DNA of 64,000 nucleotides from Candidatus Multivorans sp. (GTDB lineage: Bacteria > Acidobacteriota > Thermoanaerobaculia > Multivoradales > Multivoraceae). A program made the position numbers and the translations under genes. How positions within the stretch are numbered: the stretch's first letter is position 1; every line of letters starts with the position of its first letter. Below, piece by piece: positions 1 to 9,579 of this stretch. Location: positions 138,378 to 202,377 of the forward strand of contig OZ244786.1 in the NCBI GenBank assembly GCA_965219675.1. Direction: 5' to 3'. Under the pieces are notes generated by a model. The model was given only the letters and a program-made list of their open reading frames with translations. It was not told the origin of the DNA and searched no databases.

Positions 1-1
1 G

Positions 2-1036
2 GAGAGTCAGAGTGACCCGGGCGCCCGGGCGACTGCCCTGAACGATCTCGCCAACCTGCTGGAACTCCGGGGCGACATCGCTGCCGCTTTCGAGAACTAC
101 CTGGCCGCGATCGCCGCGGACGGAACGTTGGCGGCGGCGCACTACAACCTGGCTCTGCTGGCCTACGCGACCGGCGATTCGGGCCTGGCGTCGAGCCACC
201 TGGAAACCGCGATCGAGCTTGAGCCGGGAAACGCCTGGGCGCACTACCAGCTCGGCCGGATCGTGGACGATGCGGGCGAAGCCGGGAAGGCGGTGGAGCA
301 TTACACCCGCGCCGTTAGCCTGGATTCGCGCCTGGCCTTCGGTGACGTGAATCCCCACTTTTTGGTGAATCGGCACGCCACCGAGATCCTGCTTCGGGCA
401 GACCGTACGTCGGTCAGGGCCCTGCCGCCGAGGACGTACTCCGAGCCGCGCCGGATCAGCGGCCTGCTCCTGCCCGCGCGGGTCGAGGAGACGGCTCCGC
501 GACGCGAAGCGGTCGCCGAGTCGCAGGACGTCTCGGAAAACGATGGCGCCAAGGCTGAACAGGGCGAGGTCGTGAAGTCGGTGACGGTGGACCGCGACCG
601 GCTCCGACAGGTGAACCGGTCGCCGGTCCCGGCAGGTCCCGATGGCAACGCGTTCCCGGAGCCGACGGTCCGCTCGATCCCACTCGAAGCTCCGGTCACG
701 GCCAGTGTGCGGGACGAACCGGCGGCACCCGCGGCCGACCGGCGTAGCCCGAGAGAGCCCCGGGTGTTCACCCGCGACGACCTTCGAACGCGCACCCTTG
801 GTACCGGCGGGGTGACCGCTGTGCCCGCCGGCAGGCCGCCATCGACGAGCCCTGCTTCGGGGAGCCGCGGCGCGATCCAGGTGGGGACGCCGGTTGGTCC
901 GGGCGGCAGGCAGCCGGTGGCGGCTCCCGCGCCCGGGACCTTCGGCGGCTCCTCCGGGGGGCGCTTCGAGCCGTCGTCGCGCAGCAGCGCCCAGCTTGAC
1001 GTGACGATCCGCCGCTTCCCGGCGCCCGCGCCCTAG
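2..1036 (+). CDS. TPR-repeat protein, 5' end cut by the window edge, with a Pro/Arg/Ala-rich low-complexity C-terminal half
   Basis: The frame is open from base 2 with no stop. The N-terminal part shows TPR-like helices (NDLANLLELRGDIAAAFENYLAAI, AHYNLALLAYATGDSGLASSHLETAIELEPGNAWAHYQLGRI, AVEHYTRAVSLD). The tail is low complexity. Confidence 0.6.
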   Translation, partial: ESQSDPGARATALNDLANLLELRGDIAAAFENYLAAIAADGTLAAAHYNLALLAYATGDSGLASSHLETAIELEPGNAWAHYQLGRIVDDAGEAGKAVEHYTRAVSLDSRLAFGDVNPHFLVNRHATEILLRADRTSVRALPPRTYSEPRRISGLLLPARVEETAPRREAVAESQDVSENDGAKAEQGEVVKSVTVDRDRLRQVNRSPVPAGPDGNAFPEPTVRSIPLEAPVTASVRDEPAAPAADRRSPREPRVFTRDDLRTRTLGTGGVTAVPAGRPPSTSPASGSRGAIQVGTPVGPGGRQPVAAPAPGTFGGSSGGRFEPSSRSSAQLDVTIRRFPAPAP

Positions 1037-1178
1037 GAGCCTGCGCGGTCGCCGCTCCGCGGCACGGCTACAGGTTCCCTGGCGCGGCAGGATGGTCGCC
1101 GCTTCGCGGCGCGTCGTCTCCCAGAAGCCGGCCAGAAGGCCGGCGCACCCAGTCTGCCGCGCCAAGTCCGACAGACTG

Positions 1179-2588
1179 CTAGTCGACCGGCTCGAGCTGG
1201 AGTCCGGTCAGCAGCAGTGTCGGTGCCCCCACCGCTCCCGGCGCGGGCAGGAACCTGAGGTCGTCGCCGATGGCGCGAATGCCGCGGAACAGTTGCCGGA
1301 TCGAACCTCTGAGCCGCGCTCGCGGGATCGCGCCGAGAATGCGGTCGTGTTCCACCACGAAGCCGGTCGCATCGATCTCGAAGGTCGCCTCCCTCTCGTT
1401 GTCCGAGCCTCCGAACGTCGCGTGGCGCCGGCCGCCGGGAGCGCGGTCCAGCAGGTAGCAGCCGTGCCGGATTCCGCTCCGGATCGTATCCGCGGACTCC
1501 GGACCGCGGTCGACGTAGAGATGGGAGTGGCTGATTTCGGGAGGCGCCCGCCAACCCGACCGGCGCCGGCAGCCCGCGGCCGAGAAACCCGACCAGCCGT
1601 CGTCCTCCCAGGTCAGCAGGGGCTCGCCGGGTTCTCCGTCCCTGATCAGGGTCACGGCCCGGGTGGGTACGCCCTCGTCATCGACCGGGGTTCTGATCCA
1701 ACCGGTTTCCAGGGCTCCGTCGTCCAGGATCTGCAGGTCCGGTGGTCCCAGCGAGTGACCTGAACTCAGGCGCTGAAGCGTGTTCCAGCCATCGCGGCCC
1801 CTGAACAGGGGGCCCAGCAGGGCCAGCAGGTTGGTAGCCAGCGCGGGCGCCACGGCGATCTCGCCGGCGGGCAGGAATGGCGTGGCTGCGGCGGTCGCGA
1901 GCGTCAGCCGGTCGGCGACTTCAGCGGCCATCGAGGCGGCGTCGAGGTCCCGTGGGTCGCCCGCTGCTCGATAGAGGTTGCAGGAACCACGAGTGCCGTT
2001 TCGTTCGACAGTGAACTCCATCTCGACCGTCACCAGGCGCAGCGAGGTTCGCCCGGTGACTCCCGTGCTGCTCGCGAGGACCGACGCGCTGGCTCCGTCG
2101 TCGATTCTCGCCCGGATCAGCCGGCTGCCAGGGAGTTCGGCGCGGGTTCGTTCGAGGACGTCGCGGATGAGGTCTCTGCCGAGAGCTTCCGAATCGTCGT
2201 TCGGCAGGTCCTTCCTGGTGAGCTTGGGAAGCGGCCCTTTGCGCCGGCGAGGTGCCGGCAGCCTGAGCGAACCCGCGCGGAGCGAATGGCGATTCAACTG
2301 GTGCCAGCCGCCGGGAGAGGGCAGCGCGCCGGACTCCGCGATGAAGAGCGCCCCCTCCGGTCCTCCGGCCCGCAGGGCCCAACCCCTCTCTTCGATCCTG
2401 CAGGCGTGAGAGCGCCAGTCCTCCGGGGCGGACGGCGAGGCGATACCGGGCCTCCAGGGGTCGATGTCGATCCGGAGGCTGCCTCCGGTCTTGACATAGA
2501 ACTCGGCGCCGGCTGCGCCGGTACGCTCAATTGCCGCATTCAGGGCCGTTCTGAGGGCCTGAACGGTGGGCAGCCGGAGCGGCTTCAA
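1179..2588 (-). CDS. PmbA/TldE-like metalloprotease partner of TldD
   Basis: It lies directly downstream of tldD on the same strand and has a size and general character consistent with the TldD/PmbA family. The start is placed at TTG 2588, which overlaps the tldD TGA (cTTGA). ATG 2660 is an alternative. The first 130 or more codons of the 623-aa track ORF overlap tldD and are not credible. Confidence 0.65.
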   Translation of the reverse strand: MKPLRLPTVQALRTALNAAIERTGAAGAEFYVKTGGSLRIDIDPWRPGIASPSAPEDWRSHACRIEERGWALRAGGPEGALFIAESGALPSPGGWHQLNRHSLRAGSLRLPAPRRRKGPLPKLTRKDLPNDDSEALGRDLIRDVLERTRAELPGSRLIRARIDDGASASVLASSTGVTGRTSLRLVTVEMEFTVERNGTRGSCNLYRAAGDPRDLDAASMAAEVADRLTLATAAATPFLPAGEIAVAPALATNLLALLGPLFRGRDGWNTLQRLSSGHSLGPPDLQILDDGALETGWIRTPVDDEGVPTRAVTLIRDGEPGEPLLTWEDDGWSGFSAAGCRRRSGWRAPPEISHSHLYVDRGPESADTIRSGIRHGCYLLDRAPGGRRHATFGGSDNEREATFEIDATGFVVEHDRILGAIPRARLRGSIRQLFRGIRAIGDDLRFLPAPGAVGAPTLLLTGLQLEPVD

Positions 2589-3913
2589 GCGAGACCCTCC
2601 AGGCGCACGGACGGGCTGCGAGCCCAGACGGGCAGGAGAGACCCGTCCTTCGCGCACCATCCGGCGCCGGCTGCCAGCGGACGGTCCCCGACCGCCTTCA
2701 CGGCCGCGAGGAGGTCGACGGTGCGGGACCGGATCTCCACCGGTCCCACGAAGTCGACCGGGCCGCTGGCGCCGATCCGTCGGGCGCAGGGCGCCCGCAA
2801 GACGCAGCCTCCGTCGAACGGGTTGAGCGTGCCGCTCTCGAACTCGCCGATGTAGAGACCTCCGGCGGCCTCCTGGAAGAGCTCCGCTTCGGGCAGATCG
2901 CTGGGCAGCAACTCGAGATGCGTGGTGCGCGGGCCCGGCAGCAGATGGCGACTGGCGCGGCGTGCGGCGCCGGGAATGAGGCGCGGGTAGCGGCCGGCCC
3001 AGGAGAGGTCGGCGAGCGGCTGCCGTACCCGGCCCTGACGGAGCAGCCACCGGGCGATGACCGTCGTCCCTTCGTCGTCGCTAGAACGCCCGCAGCCATC
3101 CGGGGCGAGGCGGGGGTCGTCGACCACGTCGAGATGGACTTCGCCGAGCTTCAGGCCGACGACGCTTTCCGGAGCTCCAGTGAGGGCCAGGGTGTCCGCT
3201 TCCAGCGTGTGGGCCACGACCTCGTGCAACATGACCGCGGCGGCGCAGGGTCCGAGGACGATGATGCGGGGCGTGTCCGGATGCTCGGGCAGGTTGCGCG
3301 ACCTCAGGCGATCGACCAGGCAGATGGCGACCGGCTCGAGGTCCTCGTCCGCCAGCGAGGGCAGGAGACCGCCCCACACGCCCCAGGGCATCTTCACGCG
3401 CAGGCTGAAGTACTCCTCGAACTGGCTGGGAGCTGCCACCTGGCCGGAAACCACCTGTACCTGCCGGCGATGCCGCCGGACGGTGACGTCCATCGGGAAG
3501 CCCACGCGGCGGCGATTGACCGCTTTCCCCAGTTGTCGCTCCGCCCGCTCGATCTCGGCCATTCGGAGAGGCGGCCAGCGACCGACCCTGATCTTCGGCG
3601 CCGCTCCGATGGAGCCGGCCGTGCCGGTCACGCGGTCGCAGCAGGACGCGAAGGAGTGTCCCGAGATCGTGTCGGCGGAGGCCAGACGGCTGGCGCCGGC
3701 CTCGAGTCTGCGCACGGAGAGACCCTGCTCCCGTCGCAGCCGGAGTCGGTCGTGCGTGCCAGCGGGCAGCAACTCGACGGTCTCCAGACGTTCGAAGAAC
3801 GCCTCCACGTGTTGACCCGGGTGCAGGGCAAGTCGGGCCAGGGCGTCGGTCAGCTTGGTGACGTCCGAGGCCAGCAACTCGTCCGGCCGCCGCGCGCTGA
3901 CCGTCGTTTCCAT
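2585..3913 (-). CDS. tldD: TldD-family zinc metalloprotease
   Basis: The motif AAAVMLHEVVAHTLEAD matches the TldD HExxxH site. The 442-aa length and pairing with a PmbA-like gene fit the family. Confidence 0.8.
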   Translation of the reverse strand: METTVSARRPDELLASDVTKLTDALARLALHPGQHVEAFFERLETVELLPAGTHDRLRLRREQGLSVRRLEAGASRLASADTISGHSFASCCDRVTGTAGSIGAAPKIRVGRWPPLRMAEIERAERQLGKAVNRRRVGFPMDVTVRRHRRQVQVVSGQVAAPSQFEEYFSLRVKMPWGVWGGLLPSLADEDLEPVAICLVDRLRSRNLPEHPDTPRIIVLGPCAAAVMLHEVVAHTLEADTLALTGAPESVVGLKLGEVHLDVVDDPRLAPDGCGRSSDDEGTTVIARWLLRQGRVRQPLADLSWAGRYPRLIPGAARRASRHLLPGPRTTHLELLPSDLPEAELFQEAAGGLYIGEFESGTLNPFDGGCVLRAPCARRIGASGPVDFVGPVEIRSRTVDLLAAVKAVGDRPLAAGAGWCAKDGSLLPVWARSPSVRLEGLA

Positions 3914-3938
3914 GGTTGGATTCTAGGAGTTGGCTGCT

Positions 3939-5546
3939 GTGGTAAGAAAGCCGCGCGGGATGACCAGGGAGCAGGAGTCAGTCGGGGCGGACGGCTCGGT
4001 CCGCGGCCAGCAGGCGAGCGAGTTGGAGCGACGGCTCGAACAGTCGCGGTTGGGTGGAGGTCCCGAGCGTATCGATCGCCAGCACGCGAGTGGCAAGTTG
4101 ACGGCCCGGGAACGGATCGACCTGCTGCTCGATCCGGGGTCCTTCGTCGAGATCGACGCGTTGGTGACCCATCGCTGCACCGACTTCGGCATGGCCGAGC
4201 AGCGCGTACCGGGTGACGGCGTGGTGTGCGGACATGGCCGGGTGGACCAGCGTCCGGTGTACGTCTTCGCGCAGGACTTCACCGTGTTCGGCGGTTCGCT
4301 GTCCGAGACGAACGCACGCAAGATCTGCAAGGTCATGGACCTCGCGGTCGAGAACGGCGCTCCGGTCGTTGGTCTCAACGATTCCGGCGGCGCCAGGATC
4401 CAGGAGGGCGTCGCCTCGCTGGGAGGCTACGCCGACATCTTTCTGCGCAACACGCTGGCCTCGGGGGTGGTGCCCCAGATCAGCGCGATCATGGGGCCCT
4501 GCGCGGGCGGCGCGGTCTATTCGCCGGCGATCACGGACTTCGTGCTGATGGTCGAGGGCACGAGTTACATGTTCGTCACCGGTCCGGACGTGATCAAGAC
4601 GGTGACCCACGAGGACGTCTCGATGGAGGAGCTGGGCGGGGCGAAGACGCACGCGCGGCGAAGCGGAGTGGCCCACTTCACGGCCCCGGACGACACGGCT
4701 TGCCTGTTGGCCGTTCGGGACCTCCTCGGGTACCTGCCGGGCAACAACCTCGACGATCCGCCGCGGCGGCCGACGGACGATCCGGACGACCGGGAAGCCC
4801 CTGAACTCGACGAACTCGTGCCGGTCGACCCGAACAAGCCATACGACATCGGCGCGCTGATCAGGACGGTCGTCGACGACGGCCGCTTCCTCGAGGTGCA
4901 TCGCAACTTCGCCCAGAACATCGTGGTCGGCTTCGCGCACTTCGGCGGGCGGAGCGTCGGCATCGTCGCGAACCAGCCGAACTACCTTGCCGGCGTTCTC
5001 GACATCGACGCGGCGGTCAAGGGCGGCCGCTTCGTACGGTTCTGCGACGCCTTCAACATCCCGCTCGTCACCTTCGAGGACGTGCCGGGTTTCCTGCCGG
5101 GCGTGCAGCAGGAGCATGGCGGGATCATCCGCAACGGCGCCAAGCTGCTGTACGCGTTCGCCGAGGCGACGGTGCCGAAGATCACGGTGATCACCCGCAA
5201 GGCGTACGGCGGCGCGTACTGCGTGATGGCCAGCAAACACCTGCGCACGGACGTCAACCTGGCCTATCCGACGGCGGAGATCGCGGTCATGGGACCGAGC
5301 GGGGCGGTCAACATCCTCTACCGCCAGCAGATCCGGGACGCGGACGACCCCGAGGCGCTGCGCGAACGGATGGCGGCCGAGTACCGGGAGAAGTTCTCCA
5401 ACCCCTACGTGGCGGCGGAGCGCGGCTTCGTCGACGCGGTGATCGCGCCGCGCACGACCCGCGGGGAGATCGTCCGGGCGCTGCGGCAGCTCGAAGGCAA
5501 GCGCTGCGGCGTGCCGGCCAAGAAACACGGCAGCGTGCCGCTCTAG
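3939..5546 (+). CDS. pccB: Acyl-CoA (propionyl-CoA/methylmalonyl-CoA type) carboxylase carboxyltransferase beta subunit
   Basis: Hallmark carboxyltransferase strings are present: [88 protein letters not shown]. The start is uncertain: TTG 3930, GTG 3939 (AGGAG 9 nt upstream) or ATG 3960. Confidence 0.88.
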   Translation: MVRKPRGMTREQESVGADGSVRGQQASELERRLEQSRLGGGPERIDRQHASGKLTARERIDLLLDPGSFVEIDALVTHRCTDFGMAEQRVPGDGVVCGHGRVDQRPVYVFAQDFTVFGGSLSETNARKICKVMDLAVENGAPVVGLNDSGGARIQEGVASLGGYADIFLRNTLASGVVPQISAIMGPCAGGAVYSPAITDFVLMVEGTSYMFVTGPDVIKTVTHEDVSMEELGGAKTHARRSGVAHFTAPDDTACLLAVRDLLGYLPGNNLDDPPRRPTDDPDDREAPELDELVPVDPNKPYDIGALIRTVVDDGRFLEVHRNFAQNIVVGFAHFGGRSVGIVANQPNYLAGVLDIDAAVKGGRFVRFCDAFNIPLVTFEDVPGFLPGVQQEHGGIIRNGAKLLYAFAEATVPKITVITRKAYGGAYCVMASKHLRTDVNLAYPTAEIAVMGPSGAVNILYRQQIRDADDPEALRERMAAEYREKFSNPYVAAERGFVDAVIAPRTTRGEIVRALRQLEGKRCGVPAKKHGSVPL

Positions 5547-5598
5547 GAGCTGGCGCAGAGGAACCGAACACGAGCACAGAGACGGAGTGAACGAAGGA

Positions 5599-6111
5599 AT
5601 GAGCGACATCAGGGTAGGAATCGTCATGGGCAGCGATTCGGACTGGCCGACGATGAAGAAGGCGGCGAAGGTCTGCGCCGATTTCGGCGTCGGCTGCGAA
5701 TCCCGGGTTCTCTCCGCACACCGGACCCCGCGGGAGACGGCCGAGTGGGCGGAGAGCGCGGCCGAGCGCGGCATCGGCGTGCTGATCGCCGGCGCCGGCG
5801 TCGCCGCGGCGCTTCCGGGTGTCGTGGCAGCCGCGACGACCCTGCCGGTGGTCGGCGTCCCGGTGGCGAGCGGTCCGCTCAACGGTGTCGACGCTCTGCT
5901 GGCCATCGTTCAGATGCCCCCGGGCATCCCCGTCGCGACGGTGGGCGTGAACCGGGCCGACAACGCGGCGCTTCTGGCGCTCCAGATCCTCGGGCTGGGG
6001 GACCCGGATCTTGCCGCTGCCGTGGCGGATCACCGGAGCCGGATGGGCGAGAGCGTGGCGGCGGCCGACGAGCGCGTGCGGCGGGACTCCGAATCGCTGG
6101 AGAGCGCATGA
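5599..6111 (+). CDS. purE: N5-carboxyaminoimidazole ribonucleotide mutase
   Basis: MSDIRVGIVMGSDSDWPTMKKAAKV...SAHRTP...IAGAGVAAALPGVVAA.TTLPVVGVPV is the classic PurE fold signature. GTG 5587 is an alternative start. Confidence 0.9.
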   Translation: MSDIRVGIVMGSDSDWPTMKKAAKVCADFGVGCESRVLSAHRTPRETAEWAESAAERGIGVLIAGAGVAAALPGVVAAATTLPVVGVPVASGPLNGVDALLAIVQMPPGIPVATVGVNRADNAALLALQILGLGDPDLAAAVADHRSRMGESVAAADERVRRDSESLESA

Positions 6112-6548
6112 AGTTCGCGCTCGGCGCCGACCACGCCGGGGTCGAGTTGAAGGGCCGGTTGAGCGAAGTCCTGCGGGCCCGCGGCATCGAGATCGTCGAC
6201 TTCGGTACGCAGGCTTCGGTTCCCGCCGATTACCCTGACAAGGCGGCGGCGGTGGCGCGGGCCGTGGCGTCGGGCGACGCTGACCGTGGCCTTCTCGTGT
6301 GCGCCACCGGAGTCGGCATGGCCATGTCGGCGAACCGCTTCGCCGGCGTCCGGGCGGTCAATCCGAGCGACAGCTTCACGACGCGGATGTCACGCGCCCA
6401 CAACGACGCGAACGTCCTCGCCCTCGGCGCCCGCGCCCTCGGCGCCGGCCAGGCCTCCGAACTGCTCGAGGTCTTCCTCGACACCCCCTTCGACGGCGAC
6501 CGCCACACCGCACGCGTCGCGAAGATCGATAGCGCGGCCGTCGAGTAG
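6108..6548 (+). CDS. rpiB: Ribose-5-phosphate isomerase B (RpiB/LacAB family)
   Basis: MKFALGADHAGVELKGRL...GLLVCATGVGMAMSANRFAGVRA...RAHNDANVLALGAR. The ATG overlaps the purE TGA (ATGA at 6108-6111). Confidence 0.88.
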   Translation: MKFALGADHAGVELKGRLSEVLRARGIEIVDFGTQASVPADYPDKAAAVARAVASGDADRGLLVCATGVGMAMSANRFAGVRAVNPSDSFTTRMSRAHNDANVLALGARALGAGQASELLEVFLDTPFDGDRHTARVAKIDSAAVE

Positions 6549-6554
6549 CACCCG

Positions 6555-6726
6555 CCTGTCCGGCCGCATGGGGTCACCCTCCAGGTGCCGCTCGCGCTTG
6601 GTCGGAAGGCGGTGGGGGGTGCGCTCACTGCACTCCGCTCGCTTCGATGGGTGCCGGACGGCGTCAGGTCGTCGGGCGTCGCTCGCTCCGAGCCACCTGG
6701 AGGGTGACCCCATGCGGTCGGACAGG
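6555..6726. repeat. 172-bp element bounded by 33-bp near-perfect inverted repeats (32/33) in the rpiB/folC convergent gap
   Basis: Arm 1 at 6555-6587 is CCTGTCCGGCCGCATGGGGTCACCCTCCAGGTG. Arm 2 at 6694-6726 is its reverse complement with one mismatch. The 106-nt interior carries three direct copies of a CGCTCGC-core motif. Confidence 0.85.
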
Positions 6727-8064
6727 CTAGGCAGCGTTGGCGTGGCCAGTGACGAGATCCCGGGCCGCCGCCGGCGTACCGCAGAGGGCTCGCAGGGCTG
6801 ATCGGCCCTCACCGACCAGGTAGAGCGAGCCGGTGACGACGAGGGCGCGGGCTGGATCGGCTGGAGCGGCCAGACAGTGGTTCAAGGCGTCCGTTGCGTC
6901 GTGAACGACCAGTGCTCGGCGGTCAGGAAGGAGTGGTTGCAGGTCGGCGGGCGGCATCGCCCTTGGGTGCTCGGGCGCCGTCAACACGATCCGGCTAGCC
7001 CGCTCCGCCAGCAGGGGAAGGCAGTGCTCCGGCTGCTTGTCGTTGAGCGCTCCGTACAGCAGGTCGAACTCCACGCCAGTCTCGTCCAGGTACGAGCGGA
7101 GCGCGGCGGCGCCGGCGGGGTTGTGGGCGGCGTCGAAGAGGATCCGGCGGCGCTCACCGCCCGCTTCGATCTCGACCCATTCGAGCCGGCCCGGCCAGCG
7201 AAGCGCCTCCAGCCCTTGCCTGGCAGCCTCGGGGTCGAGGTTCCGTCCGGAGAGTGCGCAGAACTCTTCGGCCGCGCGAACGGCGAGCGCGAGGTTGGAG
7301 AGCTGGTGGCCGCCGGCCAGGGGCGCGCGGAAGTGGTACTGCGCATTCGGTGTGGCCAACGAGAGATGCGATGGGTCTTCAGCGGGACGGTGGAAGTCGA
7401 CCTCGTCGACCGCGTGGACGAGCTGCGCGCCGCCGACCGCGGCGCAACGGTGGAGCTCGCGCTCGACTTCCGGACGCGAGCGCCAGGTCAGACACTTCCG
7501 TCCGGGGCGCATCACGCCGGCCTTCTCGCCCGCGATCGAGGTCAGGGTCCAGCCGAGTTGCTGGGCGTGGTCGCGGGCGATCTGGGTGATCACGGAGAGC
7601 ACGGGCTCGGAGACGTTGGTCGCGTCGAGTCTTCCGCCCAGACCGACCTCGAAGACGGCGGCGTCGACGTCGTGAGCCGCGAAGTGGAGCCAGGCCGCCG
7701 CGGTCAGGCTCTCGAAGTAGGTCGGCGGGGCCGCACCGGCCGCGTCCAGCACGCGCCGAAGGTGGGAGCCGAGTTCGGCCTCCGTGATCGCGGCCCCGTC
7801 GATCCGGAGTCGCTCCTCGACGTCTTCGAGATGGGGCGACGTGTAGAGGCCGCAGCGGAACCCGGCGGCGGTCAGGAGCGATGCCAGGGCGGCGCTGGTC
7901 GAGCCCTTGCCGTTGGTCCCCGCGACCAGGATCGTCGGCACGCCCCTTTGGGGGTCGCCCAGGGCGCCGAGCAGACGGCGGATCGCGTCGAGGCCGAGCT
8001 TCTGGCCCCACACTTCGAGCCGGTCGAGGATCTCCTGGGCCGAAGGTCTGGTCTGGCCGGTCAC
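6727..8064 (-). CDS. folC: Bifunctional folylpolyglutamate synthase/dihydrofolate synthase
   Basis: ILVAGTNGKGSTSAALASLL (Mur-ligase P-loop), GLYTSPHLEDVEERLRIDG and AGEKAGVMRPG are typical of FolC. Confidence 0.88.
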   Translation of the reverse strand: MTGQTRPSAQEILDRLEVWGQKLGLDAIRRLLGALGDPQRGVPTILVAGTNGKGSTSAALASLLTAAGFRCGLYTSPHLEDVEERLRIDGAAITEAELGSHLRRVLDAAGAAPPTYFESLTAAAWLHFAAHDVDAAVFEVGLGGRLDATNVSEPVLSVITQIARDHAQQLGWTLTSIAGEKAGVMRPGRKCLTWRSRPEVERELHRCAAVGGAQLVHAVDEVDFHRPAEDPSHLSLATPNAQYHFRAPLAGGHQLSNLALAVRAAEEFCALSGRNLDPEAARQGLEALRWPGRLEWVEIEAGGERRRILFDAAHNPAGAAALRSYLDETGVEFDLLYGALNDKQPEHCLPLLAERASRIVLTAPEHPRAMPPADLQPLLPDRRALVVHDATDALNHCLAAPADPARALVVTGSLYLVGEGRSALRALCGTPAAARDLVTGHANAA

Positions 8065-8129
8065 AGTGGCGGCGCAGCATAGCGCCGCAGGACTCCCGCG
8101 GACCTCTGGCGGGCTAGACTAGGCGCCTC

Positions 8130-8894
8130 ATGTCCGGTCACAGCAAGTGGAGCACGATCAAGCACAAGAAGGCGGCGCAGGACGCCAAACGCAGCAAGGT
8201 CTTCACGCGCATCCTCAAGGAGGTCGTGGTGGCGGCCCGGCTCGGCGGCGGCGACCCGACTGGCAATCCCAGGCTGCGCCACGCGCTGTCGGAGGCGAAG
8301 GCCCACAACGTGCCCGGGGACAACATCGACCGGGCGATCAAGAAGGGCACCGGCGAGCTCGAGGGCGTGTCCTACGAGGAGGTCGCCTACGAAGGCTACG
8401 GTCCCGGTGGTGTCGCGATCCTCGTCGAGACGCTTACCGACAACCGGAACCGGACCGTGTCCGAGGTGCGGCATCTGTTCACCAAGCACGGTGGAAACCT
8501 CGGCGAGAACGGCTGCGTCGCCTGGATGTTCCACCGGCGGGGGTTCTTCGCGTTCGACCGTGAGGCGATGGAGGAGTCCGGGATCGACGAGGAGGCGCTC
8601 GTCGAACTGGCGCTCGAACTTGAAGCCGAGGACTTCTCGGTGGAGAAGGACAACTACAACGTCTACACGTCGGTGGATGCCTTTCTCGCGACCAGGGACG
8701 AGGTCGAGGCGAGGGGCCTTGTGGCGGGAGTTGCCCGGTTGACGATGGAACCGCAGAACCTGGTGAGGGTCGACGAGGCGGTCGCAGGCCAGCTCGTACG
8801 ACTGATCGACGCGCTGGAGGACCAGGACGATGTGCAGCACGTCTGGTCCAACTTCGACCTGGACGACGAGTTGCTGGAGCGGTTGGCGTCCTGA
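8130..8894 (+). CDS. yebC: YebC/PmpR family DNA-binding transcriptional regulator
   Basis: MSGHSKWSTIKHKKAAQDAKRSKVFTRILKE... is the invariant YebC N-terminus. The length is 254 aa. Confidence 0.92.
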   Translation: MSGHSKWSTIKHKKAAQDAKRSKVFTRILKEVVVAARLGGGDPTGNPRLRHALSEAKAHNVPGDNIDRAIKKGTGELEGVSYEEVAYEGYGPGGVAILVETLTDNRNRTVSEVRHLFTKHGGNLGENGCVAWMFHRRGFFAFDREAMEESGIDEEALVELALELEAEDFSVEKDNYNVYTSVDAFLATRDEVEARGLVAGVARLTMEPQNLVRVDEAVAGQLVRLIDALEDQDDVQHVWSNFDLDDELLERLAS

Positions 8895-9397
8895 TCGTCC
8901 TCGGTCTGGATCCGGGTAGCCGGTACACTGGGTACGGCGTGGTGGAGCAGGAAGGGTCGCGGCTGAAGGAACTGGATTCGGGCCGGATCTCTCTCGTGTC
9001 CGAGCGGAGTCCGGCGGCGCGGATGGCACGTCTGGCGGAGGGCGTGGAGCAGGCCGTCGACCGCTGGCAACCGGCCGCCGCTGCTCTGGAGACCCTGTTC
9101 CACGGGCGCAACAGCCGCTCGCTGATCGCGCTCTCCCAGGCCCGGGGCGTCATTCTCTCCGTGCTGGGTCGCCGCAGCCTGGAGGTGGAGGAAGTGTCTC
9201 CCGCGGAAGTCAAGAAGGCCGTGTGCGGCAACGGTCGGGCCGACAAGACCCAGGTGGCGCGCATGGTCGACGTTCTGCTTGGCGCCGGGGCGGGCCGGCG
9301 CAGCGCGGACGCGTCGGATGCGCTGGCCGTTGCCATCTACTACGTGCAGCAGCGTCCGCTGCAGAGGGTCGTGGACGCGGCGCGGAGCGCCCGTTGA
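8891..9397 (+). CDS. ruvC: Holliday junction resolvase RuvC, apparently initiating at a non-canonical CTG (or ATC) codon
   Basis: The translation from 8891, (L)IVLGLDPGSRYTGYGVVEQEG...DASDALAVAIYY, matches the RuvC N-terminus (E. coli MAIILGIDPGSRVTGYGVI), including the catalytic Asp. The first ATG/GTG/TTG in frame is only at 8939, downstream of that Asp. CTG 8891 overlaps the yebC TGA. Confidence 0.8.
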   Translation: MIVLGLDPGSRYTGYGVVEQEGSRLKELDSGRISLVSERSPAARMARLAEGVEQAVDRWQPAAAALETLFHGRNSRSLIALSQARGVILSVLGRRSLEVEEVSPAEVKKAVCGNGRADKTQVARMVDVLLGAGAGRRSADASDALAVAIYYVQQRPLQRVVDAARSAR

Positions 9398-9415
9398 ACC
9401 GGGTCGAACTGGCGG

Positions 9416-9443
9416 TTCCAAAGTGGTAGCCGTGTGCTATATT
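9416..9443 (+). promoter_or_regulatory. Candidate sigma70-type promoter with extended -10 upstream of exbB
   Basis: TTCCAA (9416-9421), 16 nt, then TGcTATATT (9435-9443). This would give a leader of about 130 nt before the GTG at 9580. Confidence 0.3.
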
Positions 9444-9579
9444 GCTCCACCGTTCCAAGGTGAGCCAAGCACCCCTCTCGGTGTAGGGGTCACCGTCCGT
9501 CCAGAATCGCGTCCGCTGATGGCGGGCGGTTCAACTCGGCCCGTCCCTGGCGGGCATTCAGCTCTGAGGAGGTAGCTAG

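Noticed and set aside
3978-5906. A 642-aa minus-strand ORF antisense to the carboxyltransferase and purE genes
   Set aside because: Its composition is Arg/Ala/Pro/Gly-dominated low complexity, typical of shadow frames in DNA of about 70% GC. The plus-strand genes carry unmistakable family motifs.
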